A stretch of 64,000 nucleotides of DNA from Bacilli bacterium. Its GTDB lineage: Bacteria > Bacillota_I > Bacilli_A > RFN20 > CAG-826. The translations under genes and the position numbers were made by a program. The stretch lies in contig JAFRPF010000016.1 in the NCBI GenBank assembly GCA_017429285.1, forward strand, positions 27,616 through 91,615. The letters run 5' to 3'. Within the stretch, counting starts at the first letter, position 1. Every line of letters starts with the position of its first letter. Shown here piece after piece: positions 31,017-40,367 of this stretch. Under the pieces are notes generated by a model that saw only the letters and a list, made by a program, of their open reading frames with translations, was not told the origin of the DNA and made no database searches.

Positions 31017-31144
31017 ATGAATTATTATCTAGAAGAAAAACGAATCGAAAGCAACCTATGTTCCTTTCCGCCTATTCAATAAAAGCTGATATTCACAGAT
31101 AATATTTTATCTGATATAATAAAAAAGCTGATAACTCAGCAGTT

Positions 31145-31223
31145 AGTGTAATGTCGTTACGATAGTACTATTAATGTCGTTACGATTGGTCGTGTTTACT
31201 AGTAACGTCGTTACATTGAGACA
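31145..31223. repeat. Cassette-junction site A (79 bp, three internal repeats, ends GAGACA)
   Basis: TAAYGTCGTTAC at 31149, 31172 and 31203; 59/79 identical and ungapped versus site B; terminator starts at 31234. Confidence 0.85.
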
Positions 31224-31292
31224 GATTATTTACAATCCTTGAGATAAAATCAAGGATTTTTTTGATATTTTGGACATGTGTGTATAATATAA

Positions 31293-31346
31293 TGGCGTAA
31301 TAATGGCGTAATAAATATTGATATTTGGCGTAATAAAGTATATAAT
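31293..31346 (+). promoter_or_regulatory. Promoter with three TGGCGTAATAA direct repeats
   Basis: Repeats at 31293, 31304 and 31326; TTGATA (31318)-17-TATAAT (31341). Confidence 0.7.
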
Positions 31347-31364
31347 ATAATTGAGGTAGAAAAT

Positions 31365-32702
31365 ATGAAATATTTTGAAACAGAAAAAGTCGAATTAAAA
31401 GAAAAATTAAACGATCAGCTAGCTAAAGAAATCGAATCATTTTTAAATACGGATGGTGGTGTTATTTATATTGGCGTTACAGATGATGGCCAAATTGTTG
31501 GCGTAGACCAACTCGATACAACATTACGCAAAATATCCGATATTATTTCTGATCAAATCGAACCAAACGCTATCGAGTGTGTTAAACCAGAAGTGGTGTT
31601 TGAGGATTTTAAAGTTCTAATCAAAATTAATATCACGAAAGGTTTTGCATCATTGTATTGTGTAAAAAAGTATGGTTTTTCTGCTAATGGGTGTCATGTT
31701 AGAGTGGGAACAACATGCAAATCAATGACTTTAGATATGATTAAAGAAAGATTCGAAAAAGGAATTGTTAATTATGATTTGATGATTAAGACGCCTTCAT
31801 ACTATGGTGACATTTCTTTTTCAAAGTTAAAAATGTTGTTTTTAGAAAGCGGCTATCATATTGAAGAAGATACTTTCGAAAAAAACCTTAAATTAAGAAC
31901 TTTGGACGGCGATTACAATTATTTGGCTGAGCTTTTATCTGACTCAAACATGATTTCTCTAATTTTTTCAAAATTTAAAGGATTGACAAAAGCCACATAC
32001 TCGGAAAGAACAGATTACGGCAATCAATGCTTTGTATTGGCGTATGAAAAGATGAAAGGTAGATTGGAGATAGAGAATATTTGCAAAACAATTACTAGTG
32101 TAAGGCCAAGAAAAGACATTTACTTGTATGATTTCGACGCTGTAAACGAAGCGCTAATTAATGCTATTATTCATAATGATTATAGAGTCACAAGCCCATT
32201 GGTTTCTTTCTTTGATGATAGATTGGAAATTATATCTCATGGTGGTTTACCTACCGGATTAAGCAAGGAAGAATTTTTTAAAGGAATAAGCAAGCCTAGA
32301 AACGAACAATTATCTGAAATCTTCAAAAGATTAGGAATTGTGGAACAAACTGGACATGGCATCCCAACTATTATAAAAAAATATGGTAGAGAAGCGTTTG
32401 ATATTAAAGAAAATTACATTAATGTAATTATTCCGTTTAATAAAGAAGTATTAGCAAATCATGGCGCAATAAGTGGCGCAATAAGTGGCGTAGATAATGG
32501 CTTAAATGAAAACGAAAATGCAATATTAAATGCTATCAAAGCAAATCCTGGTGCTTCAGCAAAAGATTTATCTATTTCTTTAAATATTCCATTTAGAAGT
32601 GTGCAAAGATATTTTTCGAATCTAAAGGAAAAAGGAATAATTGAAAGAGTTGGTTCTAATAAAACCGGATATTGGAGGTTATTGAGCGATTATGGAAATT
32701 AG
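31365..32702 (+). CDS. AlbA_2/Schlafen-like DNA-binding domain + HATPase_c_4 (RecG-C-like) + wHTH protein
   Basis: ETEKVELKE, SFLNTDGGVIYIGV.DDG, EALINAIIHNDY, PRNEQL, VEQTGHG, C-terminal IERVGSNKTGYW. Confidence 0.85.
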   Translation: MKYFETEKVELKEKLNDQLAKEIESFLNTDGGVIYIGVTDDGQIVGVDQLDTTLRKISDIISDQIEPNAIECVKPEVVFEDFKVLIKINITKGFASLYCVKKYGFSANGCHVRVGTTCKSMTLDMIKERFEKGIVNYDLMIKTPSYYGDISFSKLKMLFLESGYHIEEDTFEKNLKLRTLDGDYNYLAELLSDSNMISLIFSKFKGLTKATYSERTDYGNQCFVLAYEKMKGRLEIENICKTITSVRPRKDIYLYDFDAVNEALINAIIHNDYRVTSPLVSFFDDRLEIISHGGLPTGLSKEEFFKGISKPRNEQLSEIFKRLGIVEQTGHGIPTIIKKYGREAFDIKENYINVIIPFNKEVLANHGAISGAISGVDNGLNENENAILNAIKANPGASAKDLSISLNIPFRSVQRYFSNLKEKGIIERVGSNKTGYWRLLSDYGN

Positions 32703-33306
32703 ATATTTCAAAATCAGAGCAGATTTCAAATACGCTGCGAAGGGAAGATTTTATCGCACGTTTTTAGTGAGAGAAGATATTAATCTTGGTGAGCTAGGAG
32801 AATTAATTGTCGATATCTTTGGTGGCACATTAGAGCATTTTTTCTTATATAGATTAAAAGATAAATCCCTTCTTCCTTCATCGTGGGTAGATGAATGGAA
32901 TTATATGGGCAACAGGATTAATGAAACATTTAAAGATAAAACAATTAAAGACCTATCTGAACACTTTGTTTTCGAATACGACACTGGTGATGGCTGGGAT
33001 TTTGATTGCAAAATATATAAAACCATCGTGATAAAAGAATTTGAAGATGATGAAGATATTCCAACTGGTTTTGTGCTGGATGCAAAAGGCATGGGCATTT
33101 GGGAAGATAATATAAGATCCTTATATGCTTATTTAGAAGGTGAGATAGATAAAGACTTCGACGGAGAAGATGAAGATAGAGGAATATATAAACCTTGGAA
33201 TTTTGATATTAAGAAATATTCAGAATTTGATGATCCGGTTGATATCGAAGAATTAAACGATAAAGCAATGTATTTTTGCCCAATATCGGAAGAAGAGAGA
33301 TACTAA
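32692..33306 (+). CDS. PRiA4b ORF-3-like / IS1096 passenger TnpR-like protein
   Basis: EHFFLY, FEYDTGDGWDF, GMGIWED motifs. Confidence 0.7.
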   Translation: MEIRYFKIRADFKYAAKGRFYRTFLVREDINLGELGELIVDIFGGTLEHFFLYRLKDKSLLPSSWVDEWNYMGNRINETFKDKTIKDLSEHFVFEYDTGDGWDFDCKIYKTIVIKEFEDDEDIPTGFVLDAKGMGIWEDNIRSLYAYLEGEIDKDFDGEDEDRGIYKPWNFDIKKYSEFDDPVDIEELNDKAMYFCPISEEERY

Positions 33307-33409
33307 CTATAGGGTTGTAGTAGACTCAAATTATTTTTTTCTCAATATAAACGCTGTACATAAGATAAGTTATTTGAAACGCAGTTTAAATTGATCTAAC
33401 TCTACACAT

Positions 33410-33488
33410 AGTGTAATGTCATTTCACTGATACTATTAATGTCATTTCACTCGTAGCAATTTACTATTAACGTCATTACATTAAGACA
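33410..33488. repeat. Cassette-junction site B (79 bp)
   Basis: AGTGTAATGTC...TACTATTAATGTC...TACTATTAACGTCATTACATTAAGACA; terminator ATAGTTAATA/TATTAACTAT starts at 33500. Confidence 0.85.
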
Positions 33489-33639
33489 TAGATTTTAAGA
33501 TAGTTAATATTTATATTAACTATTTTTTAATTTTGAAGCTCTTAATCAAGTATTCAAAACATTTTGTATTTAACTTTCTAATTTATTGAAAGTTCGTATA
33601 TATTATTGTATAATATCTTTACTAAAAGGTAATTAGAAC

Positions 33640-34671
33640 ATGAAAAATAAAATCGCAATCGTGGAATCATTAATATTCACTTATCAATCGAAAGAAAATA
33701 CCATTGCTTCTGTAATTGAAGACAATAATATTTGGCTTACACAAAAATCTATAGCGGATTTGTTCGAATGTGAACCCAATAATATCAGTTATCACATTAA
33801 TCAGATTTATTCATCTAATGAATTAGATGATAGATCAACTCATCAAATTTTTAGATTAGTTCAAAATGAAGGGAATAGGAAAATAGAAAGGTCATTAAAT
33901 TTTTATTCATTAGAAGCAATTATTGCTGTTGGATTTAGGGTGAATTCTTCTAAAGCAACTGAGTTCCGTAATTGGGCGATAAACATTTTAAAGAAATATA
34001 CAATTAAAGGATATGCTCTTGATAACGTTAGACTAGCTAATGGCGCTTATTTAACAAAAGATTATTACGATGAACTTCTTGAAGAAATTAGATTAATTCG
34101 CTTAAGTGAGCGCAGACTTTATCAAAAAGTAACAGATTTATTTGCAACAGCAATTGATTATGATTCTAAAGCGGAGCAAACCTTAATGTTTTTTAAAACT
34201 GTACAGAATAAATTGCACTATGCGGTTTCAGGCAACACTGCTCCAGAAATTATTTATAATAGAGCTGACTCTAATAAAGAAAATATGGGTTTGAAAACAT
34301 GGAATAATGCCCCAAATGGTAGAATCCATAGAAGTGATGTGGTTGTTGCAAAAAACTATCTTGAAAAAGACGAATTAACTTCACTATCTAGACTCGTTGA
34401 AATGTATCTTGATTTTGGTGAAGAAATGGCTTCTAGGAATATCCCTTTAACTATGAACGATTACATAAAGAGGCTGGATTTATTGCTTCAATTTAACGGT
34501 CGTGAAGTTTTGGACAATCCTGGTAAAGTTTCAAGAGAGGTGGCCGAAAAATTTGCTTTAAGTGAATTTGAAAAATATCGAATTATCCAAGAAAGGCAAA
34601 TTACATCTGACTACGATCTATATATTGAAAACGCTTCTATAGAAGAGATACCGAATATAAAGAAGAAATAA
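33640..34671 (+). CDS. Virulence RhuM family protein
   Basis: IWLTQKSIADLF, YSLEAIIAVGFRVNS, IRLSERRLYQKVTD, VQNKLHYA, VAKNYL. Confidence 0.9.
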   Translation: MKNKIAIVESLIFTYQSKENTIASVIEDNNIWLTQKSIADLFECEPNNISYHINQIYSSNELDDRSTHQIFRLVQNEGNRKIERSLNFYSLEAIIAVGFRVNSSKATEFRNWAINILKKYTIKGYALDNVRLANGAYLTKDYYDELLEEIRLIRLSERRLYQKVTDLFATAIDYDSKAEQTLMFFKTVQNKLHYAVSGNTAPEIIYNRADSNKENMGLKTWNNAPNGRIHRSDVVVAKNYLEKDELTSLSRLVEMYLDFGEEMASRNIPLTMNDYIKRLDLLLQFNGREVLDNPGKVSREVAEKFALSEFEKYRIIQERQITSDYDLYIENASIEEIPNIKKK

Positions 34672-34746
34672 TGATGTAATTCATTATGTTTATATCTGTT
34701 TTCTACTGTTAAATATTTTGATGAAATTTTGTTAAACGCTCTAAAT

Positions 34747-34770
34747 TATTAACTCCGTTACACCAAGACA
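34747..34770. repeat. Cassette-junction site D (diverged terminal 24 bp)
   Basis: TATTAACTCCGTTACACCAAGACA, 19/24 identical to the end of site B; hairpin and T run about 10 nt downstream. Confidence 0.65.
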
Positions 34771-34932
34771 TTGATTTAATTCCTTATTGTTAAATAGGGT
34801 TTTTCTTTTGCTCAAGTAAAATAATGTTATGTTTCTTGGGTTAATGGCTAAACCTAAGTAGGTGGGAGCAGGCATTCATATATTTACAAGTTTTATGATA
34901 TAATAAAAATAGAAAATTCTTCGAGGCAATCT

Positions 34933-36951
34933 ATGAAAAAGACTCTTCCTATCATATTATTATCTTTAGCACTTGCTTTAACTGGATGTGTATCAACCGG
35001 TGAAGAAAGTCGATCACATAGTAGTGAGAATGAATCAACTTCGGTTGAACCACTATATAAGGATTTTGAAAACGTCTTTTTTGATAGCAAAACTTTAATT
35101 TATGATGGTGAATCTCATATCTTAGATGAAGTTAGAGGAGCACCAGAAGGAACTCAAATAACATATACAGGAAGAGAAACTCATATTGACGTTGGCACAT
35201 ATACCGCGAGCGCACTTTTAACTAAAGAAGGATATAACAACAAAACATTAACAGCGACTTTAACTATTAATAAAGCCTCTTTTGAAAATATCACTTTTAG
35301 TGATGGAACTTTTGAATATGATGGTCAAACTCATTCAATTTATGTCAGTGGCGCGCCTTCTTTTGCTGCTGTTACTTATTCAAATAACGGAAAAACTAAT
35401 GTAGGCACTTATACAGTTACTGCAACAATAAAAGCCACTAATTATGAGACGATGACTAAGACTGCGACATTACGTATCTTAGGCAAACAAATAACTGGTG
35501 TTACTTTTGAAGATAAAGAATTCCAATATGATGGAAATTCTCATTCTTTGGCGATCTCTGGTGAACTGCCAAGTGGAGTGTCTGTTACTTATTCAAATAA
35601 TGAAAAAACTAATTCCGGTTCTTATACAGTGACCGCAAAACTCTCTGGGACAGGATACGAATCGCTTACACTAACAGCAACATTAACTATTACGCCAATT
35701 GAATTGACTAAATCCGGTTATTTTTATAGCAGAGTCTATATTTATGATGGTCAAAATCATAGCGTTTATGTTGATAGTGCGCCTTCAGGAGTTACCATTA
35801 CTTATAAATGCTTAAATGCTAGTGGAACAAACACATTTAAAAATGCCGGTGTTTATGAAGTTGAAGCAACAGTTAAATCTGACATTAATCATCTAAGTAA
35901 GAAATACGCAACTTTAACTATTACAACCCCAGCTACTACAAGTATTGATTCATCCAAAACACCTCTTACTATTGATGAGAATTTAAAATGGGATCAACTT
36001 CATGATGCTTTAGAAAATGGCAACTTTACCATGAAAAGCTTTACAGGAAGCTATGATGTTATACATGTTGATGATGACGCTCCAAGTAATTTACTTGATG
36101 ATACTTTTGAAGGCCACACAAGCGGTTATATATTTGCTTCTGATGGAAAAGAAGCCTTCCAGCATTCTTATTCATTGAATAGTTCAGATCCGACAAATTA
36201 TTATGATTATTATAAAGAAAACGATAATGACATTATTCATCTTGAATTTGATGATGACTATAATCAAGGAAGTGCAGTTAAATTTCCAAAACAAGCATTT
36301 AAAGAAACAGTTACATATTCTTTCGCATCAAACGCTTTTGCTTCTTTAACTAAAGGAGAAAACGGAGAATTCTTAGCTGGAATTGATAATGATGATTATT
36401 ATAAAAATGTGGGAACTCCATATATCGATAATGGTGTCTTCACTGTTTTAATGGAACACTCTAGAGAAATTAGTACTGGATATAGATATTTCTATGAAAT
36501 AGTCAAATTCTATAATATTGGTAACACTATAGTTGATGTCCCATCCAATTATTTACCATCTAAAGATTATATTGATGCAAAAATGGGAATTGATAAGTTC
36601 TATCTTGGTGGAGTTAAATACGGCACTGAAATGTTTGGCACTGCTACTAACTATAAATACTATTATACGGCTCAGTTATATGTGGATTATCATCGCGCTA
36701 TCTTCTTAAAACCGGGCACATATACCGTATTAGCAAGAATCTACGATAGAATTGTCGAGGCCATTATCTATACAAATTCTAGCGATGCTTATAATAACAA
36801 TCAATCCGGTTACAACTTCAGATTATATGTTGATAGTAACGGTGATTATCAAGGCGAATACTCTGGCTATGAATCATTAGCAAGGTTCACCATCAGTAGT
36901 TTTATAAGTAATGGTGGAACCGTTGAATATTATGATCAGTGGCATGATTGA
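34933..36951 (+). CDS. Lipoprotein with four MBG-like Ig-fold repeats
   Basis: Lipobox LTGC; four ~72-aa repeats with YDG..H, N.G.Y.V.A and ATLTI. Confidence 0.75.
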   Translation: MKKTLPIILLSLALALTGCVSTGEESRSHSSENESTSVEPLYKDFENVFFDSKTLIYDGESHILDEVRGAPEGTQITYTGRETHIDVGTYTASALLTKEGYNNKTLTATLTINKASFENITFSDGTFEYDGQTHSIYVSGAPSFAAVTYSNNGKTNVGTYTVTATIKATNYETMTKTATLRILGKQITGVTFEDKEFQYDGNSHSLAISGELPSGVSVTYSNNEKTNSGSYTVTAKLSGTGYESLTLTATLTITPIELTKSGYFYSRVYIYDGQNHSVYVDSAPSGVTITYKCLNASGTNTFKNAGVYEVEATVKSDINHLSKKYATLTITTPATTSIDSSKTPLTIDENLKWDQLHDALENGNFTMKSFTGSYDVIHVDDDAPSNLLDDTFEGHTSGYIFASDGKEAFQHSYSLNSSDPTNYYDYYKENDNDIIHLEFDDDYNQGSAVKFPKQAFKETVTYSFASNAFASLTKGENGEFLAGIDNDDYYKNVGTPYIDNGVFTVLMEHSREISTGYRYFYEIVKFYNIGNTIVDVPSNYLPSKDYIDAKMGIDKFYLGGVKYGTEMFGTATNYKYYYTAQLYVDYHRAIFLKPGTYTVLARIYDRIVEAIIYTNSSDAYNNNQSGYNFRLYVDSNGDYQGEYSGYESLARFTISSFISNGGTVEYYDQWHD

Positions 36952-36961
36952 TTCTATACAA

Positions 36962-37017
36962 AGTGTAATGTCTTTTAACCCATAGCTATTTAATATTAAC
37001 GTCATTACATTAAGACA
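36962..37017. repeat. Cassette-junction site C (56 bp; lacks one 23-bp unit)
   Basis: AGTGTAATGTC...TAATATTAACGTCATTACATTAAGACA; terminator ACAGTTCTGA/TCGGAGCTGT starts at 37028. Confidence 0.85.
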
Positions 37018-37137
37018 GATAAATATTACAGTTCTGATACAATCGGAGCTGTTTTTTGTTTATAAAAAATTTCATTTAACAGTAGAACAAATATTAAAAA
37101 TATGGTAGAATATAGTTGATAAAAGGAGAATCGTTTT

Positions 37138-37962
37138 ATGAATAAAATAACTGTTAAAAATATTGATATTAATGTTACTGGTATTGGAGATGATGACTAT
37201 GTTTGTCTAACCGATCTAGCCAGGCTGTTGAATAAAGACGATCCAAGATATCCAATACAAAACTGGATGAGATTGAAAGACACTATAGAGTTTATAGGTT
37301 TTTGGGAATTATTAAATAATGAGAATTTTAACCGCGTCGAATTCGATGCGTTTAAGAATGAAGCAGGCAGAAATTCGTTTGTTATGACACCTTTTAAATG
37401 GATTAGATGTACAAATGCCATTGGATTCAAATCCAAATCTGGTAAATATGGTGGTGGTACTTTTGCTCACCGCGACATTGCATTGGAGTTTGCTTCTTGG
37501 ATTTCGGCTGAAGTCAAACTTTATATTATTAAAGAGTTTCAAAGATTAAAAGTTCAGGAATCAGAGCAGCTTGAATGGCACGGAAAGAGATTGTTAACAA
37601 AGCTTAATTATTTAATTCAAACAGACGCCGTTAAAGAGTTTTTGGTTCCCGTAGAATTGTCTAACGAACAAAAAAATTATATCTATGCGAATGAAGCAGA
37701 TCTTTTGAATGTTGCTTTGTTCGGTAAATCTGCCAAAGAGTGGAGAGAAACAAATTCAAATAAAGAAGGAAATATTAGGGATTACGCAAACACAATTGAA
37801 TTAGCAATTCTAAGCAATCTTGAGTTCTTAAATGCTCAGTTAATTGGAAATGCGATTTCTCAAAAAGAAAGACTAATTATTCTTAACACAGAAGCAAATA
37901 GAGAAAAAGAATTATTCAATAAGAATAATGAGAAGCCTATTAAGAGAATAAAACAGAAATGA
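37138..37962 (+). CDS. KilA-N domain protein
   Basis: DYVCLTDLAR, IQNWMR, GGTFAHRDIALEFASWIS, YANEADLLNVALFG. Confidence 0.9.
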   Translation: MNKITVKNIDINVTGIGDDDYVCLTDLARLLNKDDPRYPIQNWMRLKDTIEFIGFWELLNNENFNRVEFDAFKNEAGRNSFVMTPFKWIRCTNAIGFKSKSGKYGGGTFAHRDIALEFASWISAEVKLYIIKEFQRLKVQESEQLEWHGKRLLTKLNYLIQTDAVKEFLVPVELSNEQKNYIYANEADLLNVALFGKSAKEWRETNSNKEGNIRDYANTIELAILSNLEFLNAQLIGNAISQKERLIILNTEANREKELFNKNNEKPIKRIKQK

Positions 37963-37980
37963 GGGGAGGAACAAATTCAT

Positions 37981-38415
37981 ATGAATAAAAGACTAGAGGA
38001 AAGAAGAATGGTGTATGGCAATAAACTTATTAAAAATGTAGATGAGTTTATAATTAATTTGATTTCGAATGCCGAAAAACAAATATTAGTAACAGATTCA
38101 GGAATAGACAACTTTTTAATTAAATATTTAAGTTTCGCAAAAGAGGATGTCCAAGTATATATAGTTGCTTCTTTTGCCCGTTATGAAGAAGTAAAGCTTG
38201 AACATTATATTAAACTTGGTATAAAGGCAAATTACCTAATTGATGATAATGTAAAAGATAATATCTTAATTATTGATCAAAAAAAGACTTACAATATTGG
38301 TATAGCTAACAACACTGGAGAAGAAATACTTGTTCTTCACAAGTTTAATGATTCATTTATAGGTGATATTATTTTAAACAGATATGGATTTGCTAAAAAA
38401 CGCAAAAAAAGTTAA
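37981..38415 (+). CDS. Hypothetical protein with a degenerate PLD-like fold
   Basis: ISNAEKQILVTDSGID...KDNILIIDQKKTYNIG resembles the HDRFxIID PLD-like domain, but without the His. Confidence 0.45.
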   Translation: MNKRLEERRMVYGNKLIKNVDEFIINLISNAEKQILVTDSGIDNFLIKYLSFAKEDVQVYIVASFARYEEVKLEHYIKLGIKANYLIDDNVKDNILIIDQKKTYNIGIANNTGEEILVLHKFNDSFIGDIILNRYGFAKKRKKS

Positions 38416-38435
38416 ACATTTGAATAGGAGTTTCG

Positions 38436-39332
38436 ATGGTTTACAAAGTATTAGGTGATAGAATTAAAAAGATCCGTCTAGAAAACAATATGACTCAGCA
38501 AGAATTTGCAGAGGCCTTAGGATATACCCATAAATCAATGATCAATAAGATTGAAACAGGATTAACCGAAATGTCTTTTGATAAAGTAATAGCGTTAATC
38601 CTTACATTTAATGTAAACGCTGCCGAATTCTTGGATTTAAGTGATGCTGAGACCAATAAACTAATGGATATGGCGCATGACGCTGATAAACCAGATTGGC
38701 GAAAGATATATCCGCTTAAATCAAGAGATGAAAGCGTCATTTATATAAAACCAACATTAATTGCATCGACTAGACATATCGAAGTCGGTAAATATTCATA
38801 TTATGATGGTCAAAACTTTGCTAGTAGAGTAACTCATCACTATGACTTTTTAGGCGATAAGCTCATCATTGGTAAGTTTTGCCAAATTGGTCATAATGTA
38901 GAATTTGTGATGAATGGGGCTAATCATCAAATGAATAGTGCTTCCACTTATCCTTTTTATATTTTTAAAGGTTGGGAACAAGAACCACCAAAAAAAGAAG
39001 ATCTTCCTTATAAAGGAGACACGGTAGTGGGAAACGATGTTTGGATTGGTCAAAACGTTACCTTCTTACCAGGAGTTCATGTCGGAGATGGATGCATTAT
39101 TGGCGCTAACTCTGTCGTAGGTTCTGATATTCCTCCTTATTCAGTGGTTGTTGGTAATCCTGCTAGAGTCATAAGAAAAAGATTCGATGATGAAATGATT
39201 GAATTATTAGAAAAACTCGAATGGTGGAATAAATCCGAAAAACAAATACAAAAACTCATTTCTTTTCTTTCTAATAGCGATATTAATTATGTTAAAGAAG
39301 AAATCAAACGTATCATCAATGGGAATAAATAA
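38436..39332 (+). CDS. XRE-HTH fused to a Vat/CatB-like hexapeptide (XAT) acetyltransferase
   Basis: N-terminal [27 protein letters not shown]-terminal [45 protein letters not shown]. Confidence 0.88.
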   Translation: MVYKVLGDRIKKIRLENNMTQQEFAEALGYTHKSMINKIETGLTEMSFDKVIALILTFNVNAAEFLDLSDAETNKLMDMAHDADKPDWRKIYPLKSRDESVIYIKPTLIASTRHIEVGKYSYYDGQNFASRVTHHYDFLGDKLIIGKFCQIGHNVEFVMNGANHQMNSASTYPFYIFKGWEQEPPKKEDLPYKGDTVVGNDVWIGQNVTFLPGVHVGDGCIIGANSVVGSDIPPYSVVVGNPARVIRKRFDDEMIELLEKLEWWNKSEKQIQKLISFLSNSDINYVKEEIKRIINGNK

Positions 39333-39339
39333 ATTTAAG

Positions 39340-39407
39340 GTGTCATATACTATATAGAGTTAATATTCGCTCTTAATATTGGTATCATTAGATATACAGC
39401 AAGACAC
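39340..39407. repeat. Cassette-junction site E (most diverged)
   Basis: Ends TACAGCAAGACA; imperfect GTGTC...GACAC inverted repeat; terminator GACATTCTG/CAGGATGTC starts at 39420. Confidence 0.5.
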
Positions 39408-39515
39408 TAAGAAAAGCGTGACATTCTGGTAAAACAGGATGTCTTTTTCTTTATGATATATATACATGTACTTTTTTTCATTTTTGTTTAAAATAAAATT
39501 AAAGGAAGAAAACAT

Positions 39516-40358
39516 ATGAAATTTAACAAATTATTTTTAATTGGATTAGCACCAATTTTCTTATTGTCCGCATGTGGAAGTAAAGCACCATCATCAAGTA
39601 GCGGCACTTCTATAGGCGATACTTCTGAAGACTCTAACAGTAGTAAACTTTCTACCGCATTTAAAAATATGGGCGAAGAGATTGCTTATGTTGCTGCATC
39701 AAAAACACCAACCAAATCTATGGTTGATATGGCCGAAGTCGATAAAAAGATGCAACTTGGCACTCCAAGCGGTCTCGTTTATGTTGTTGGAAAACTATAC
39801 GAAAACGAAGGTTTTGATTGTTCTAATAAAGTTGTGGAATTTCGTGAAGTCTATGACCAAGTATATGAACCGAATACTGTAATGGTTGAAGATATTACAT
39901 TATCTCTTTTGATTGATGCAGACATAGCAAACAATAAAGCTAAGCTTTATGTTCGTGAAATTATTGATGGTACCCAAGAAAGTATGCATATGTATATTGA
40001 CTCGTATATGTTCTTAGAATTTGATTATAATTTTACAACCAATGATCTTGGCGATTTCAAAGCGTGGTATACCGCTGATAGCTCCTATGATGGTGGTGAA
40101 CCAAGCACTGGAATAAATTACGCTGTAAGACAAGGTGAAGAACTAAAAAGATTAGATACAAACACACAAGATGAAGAATATAATACAGTCGTGAATCAAA
40201 TTGAAACATTTGTCACATTCTTTAACTCTAAAGCTGAAACCAAAACAGTGGCGGATGCTACTACCGCAAGAAAATATGGTGAATGCTTTATTGCAGGTCT
40301 AAATTATATTAATGAAATAACTAAAGTATTTAGTTCTATTGATTTTCATAATAAATAA
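39516..40358 (+). CDS. Hypothetical lipoprotein
   Basis: Lipobox LSAC followed by a Ser-rich linker. Confidence 0.75.
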   Translation: MKFNKLFLIGLAPIFLLSACGSKAPSSSSGTSIGDTSEDSNSSKLSTAFKNMGEEIAYVAASKTPTKSMVDMAEVDKKMQLGTPSGLVYVVGKLYENEGFDCSNKVVEFREVYDQVYEPNTVMVEDITLSLLIDADIANNKAKLYVREIIDGTQESMHMYIDSYMFLEFDYNFTTNDLGDFKAWYTADSSYDGGEPSTGINYAVRQGEELKRLDTNTQDEEYNTVVNQIETFVTFFNSKAETKTVADATTARKYGECFIAGLNYINEITKVFSSIDFHNK

Positions 40359-40367
40359 GGCTCTTTG

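Noticed and set aside
34831..34880. Small hairpin plus GGTGGGAGC upstream of the MBG lipoprotein as a riboswitch or T-box
   Set aside because: Too short, lacks the other conserved elements, and lies upstream of the apparent -10 box.
31145..37017. Junction repeats as a CRISPR or TIGR-type array, or as classical attC sites
   Set aside because: Only 2-3 short units per site; the variable segments are duplicated rather than unique spacers; no cas, Tas or IntI gene is seen; no RYYYAAC/GTTRRRY boxes.
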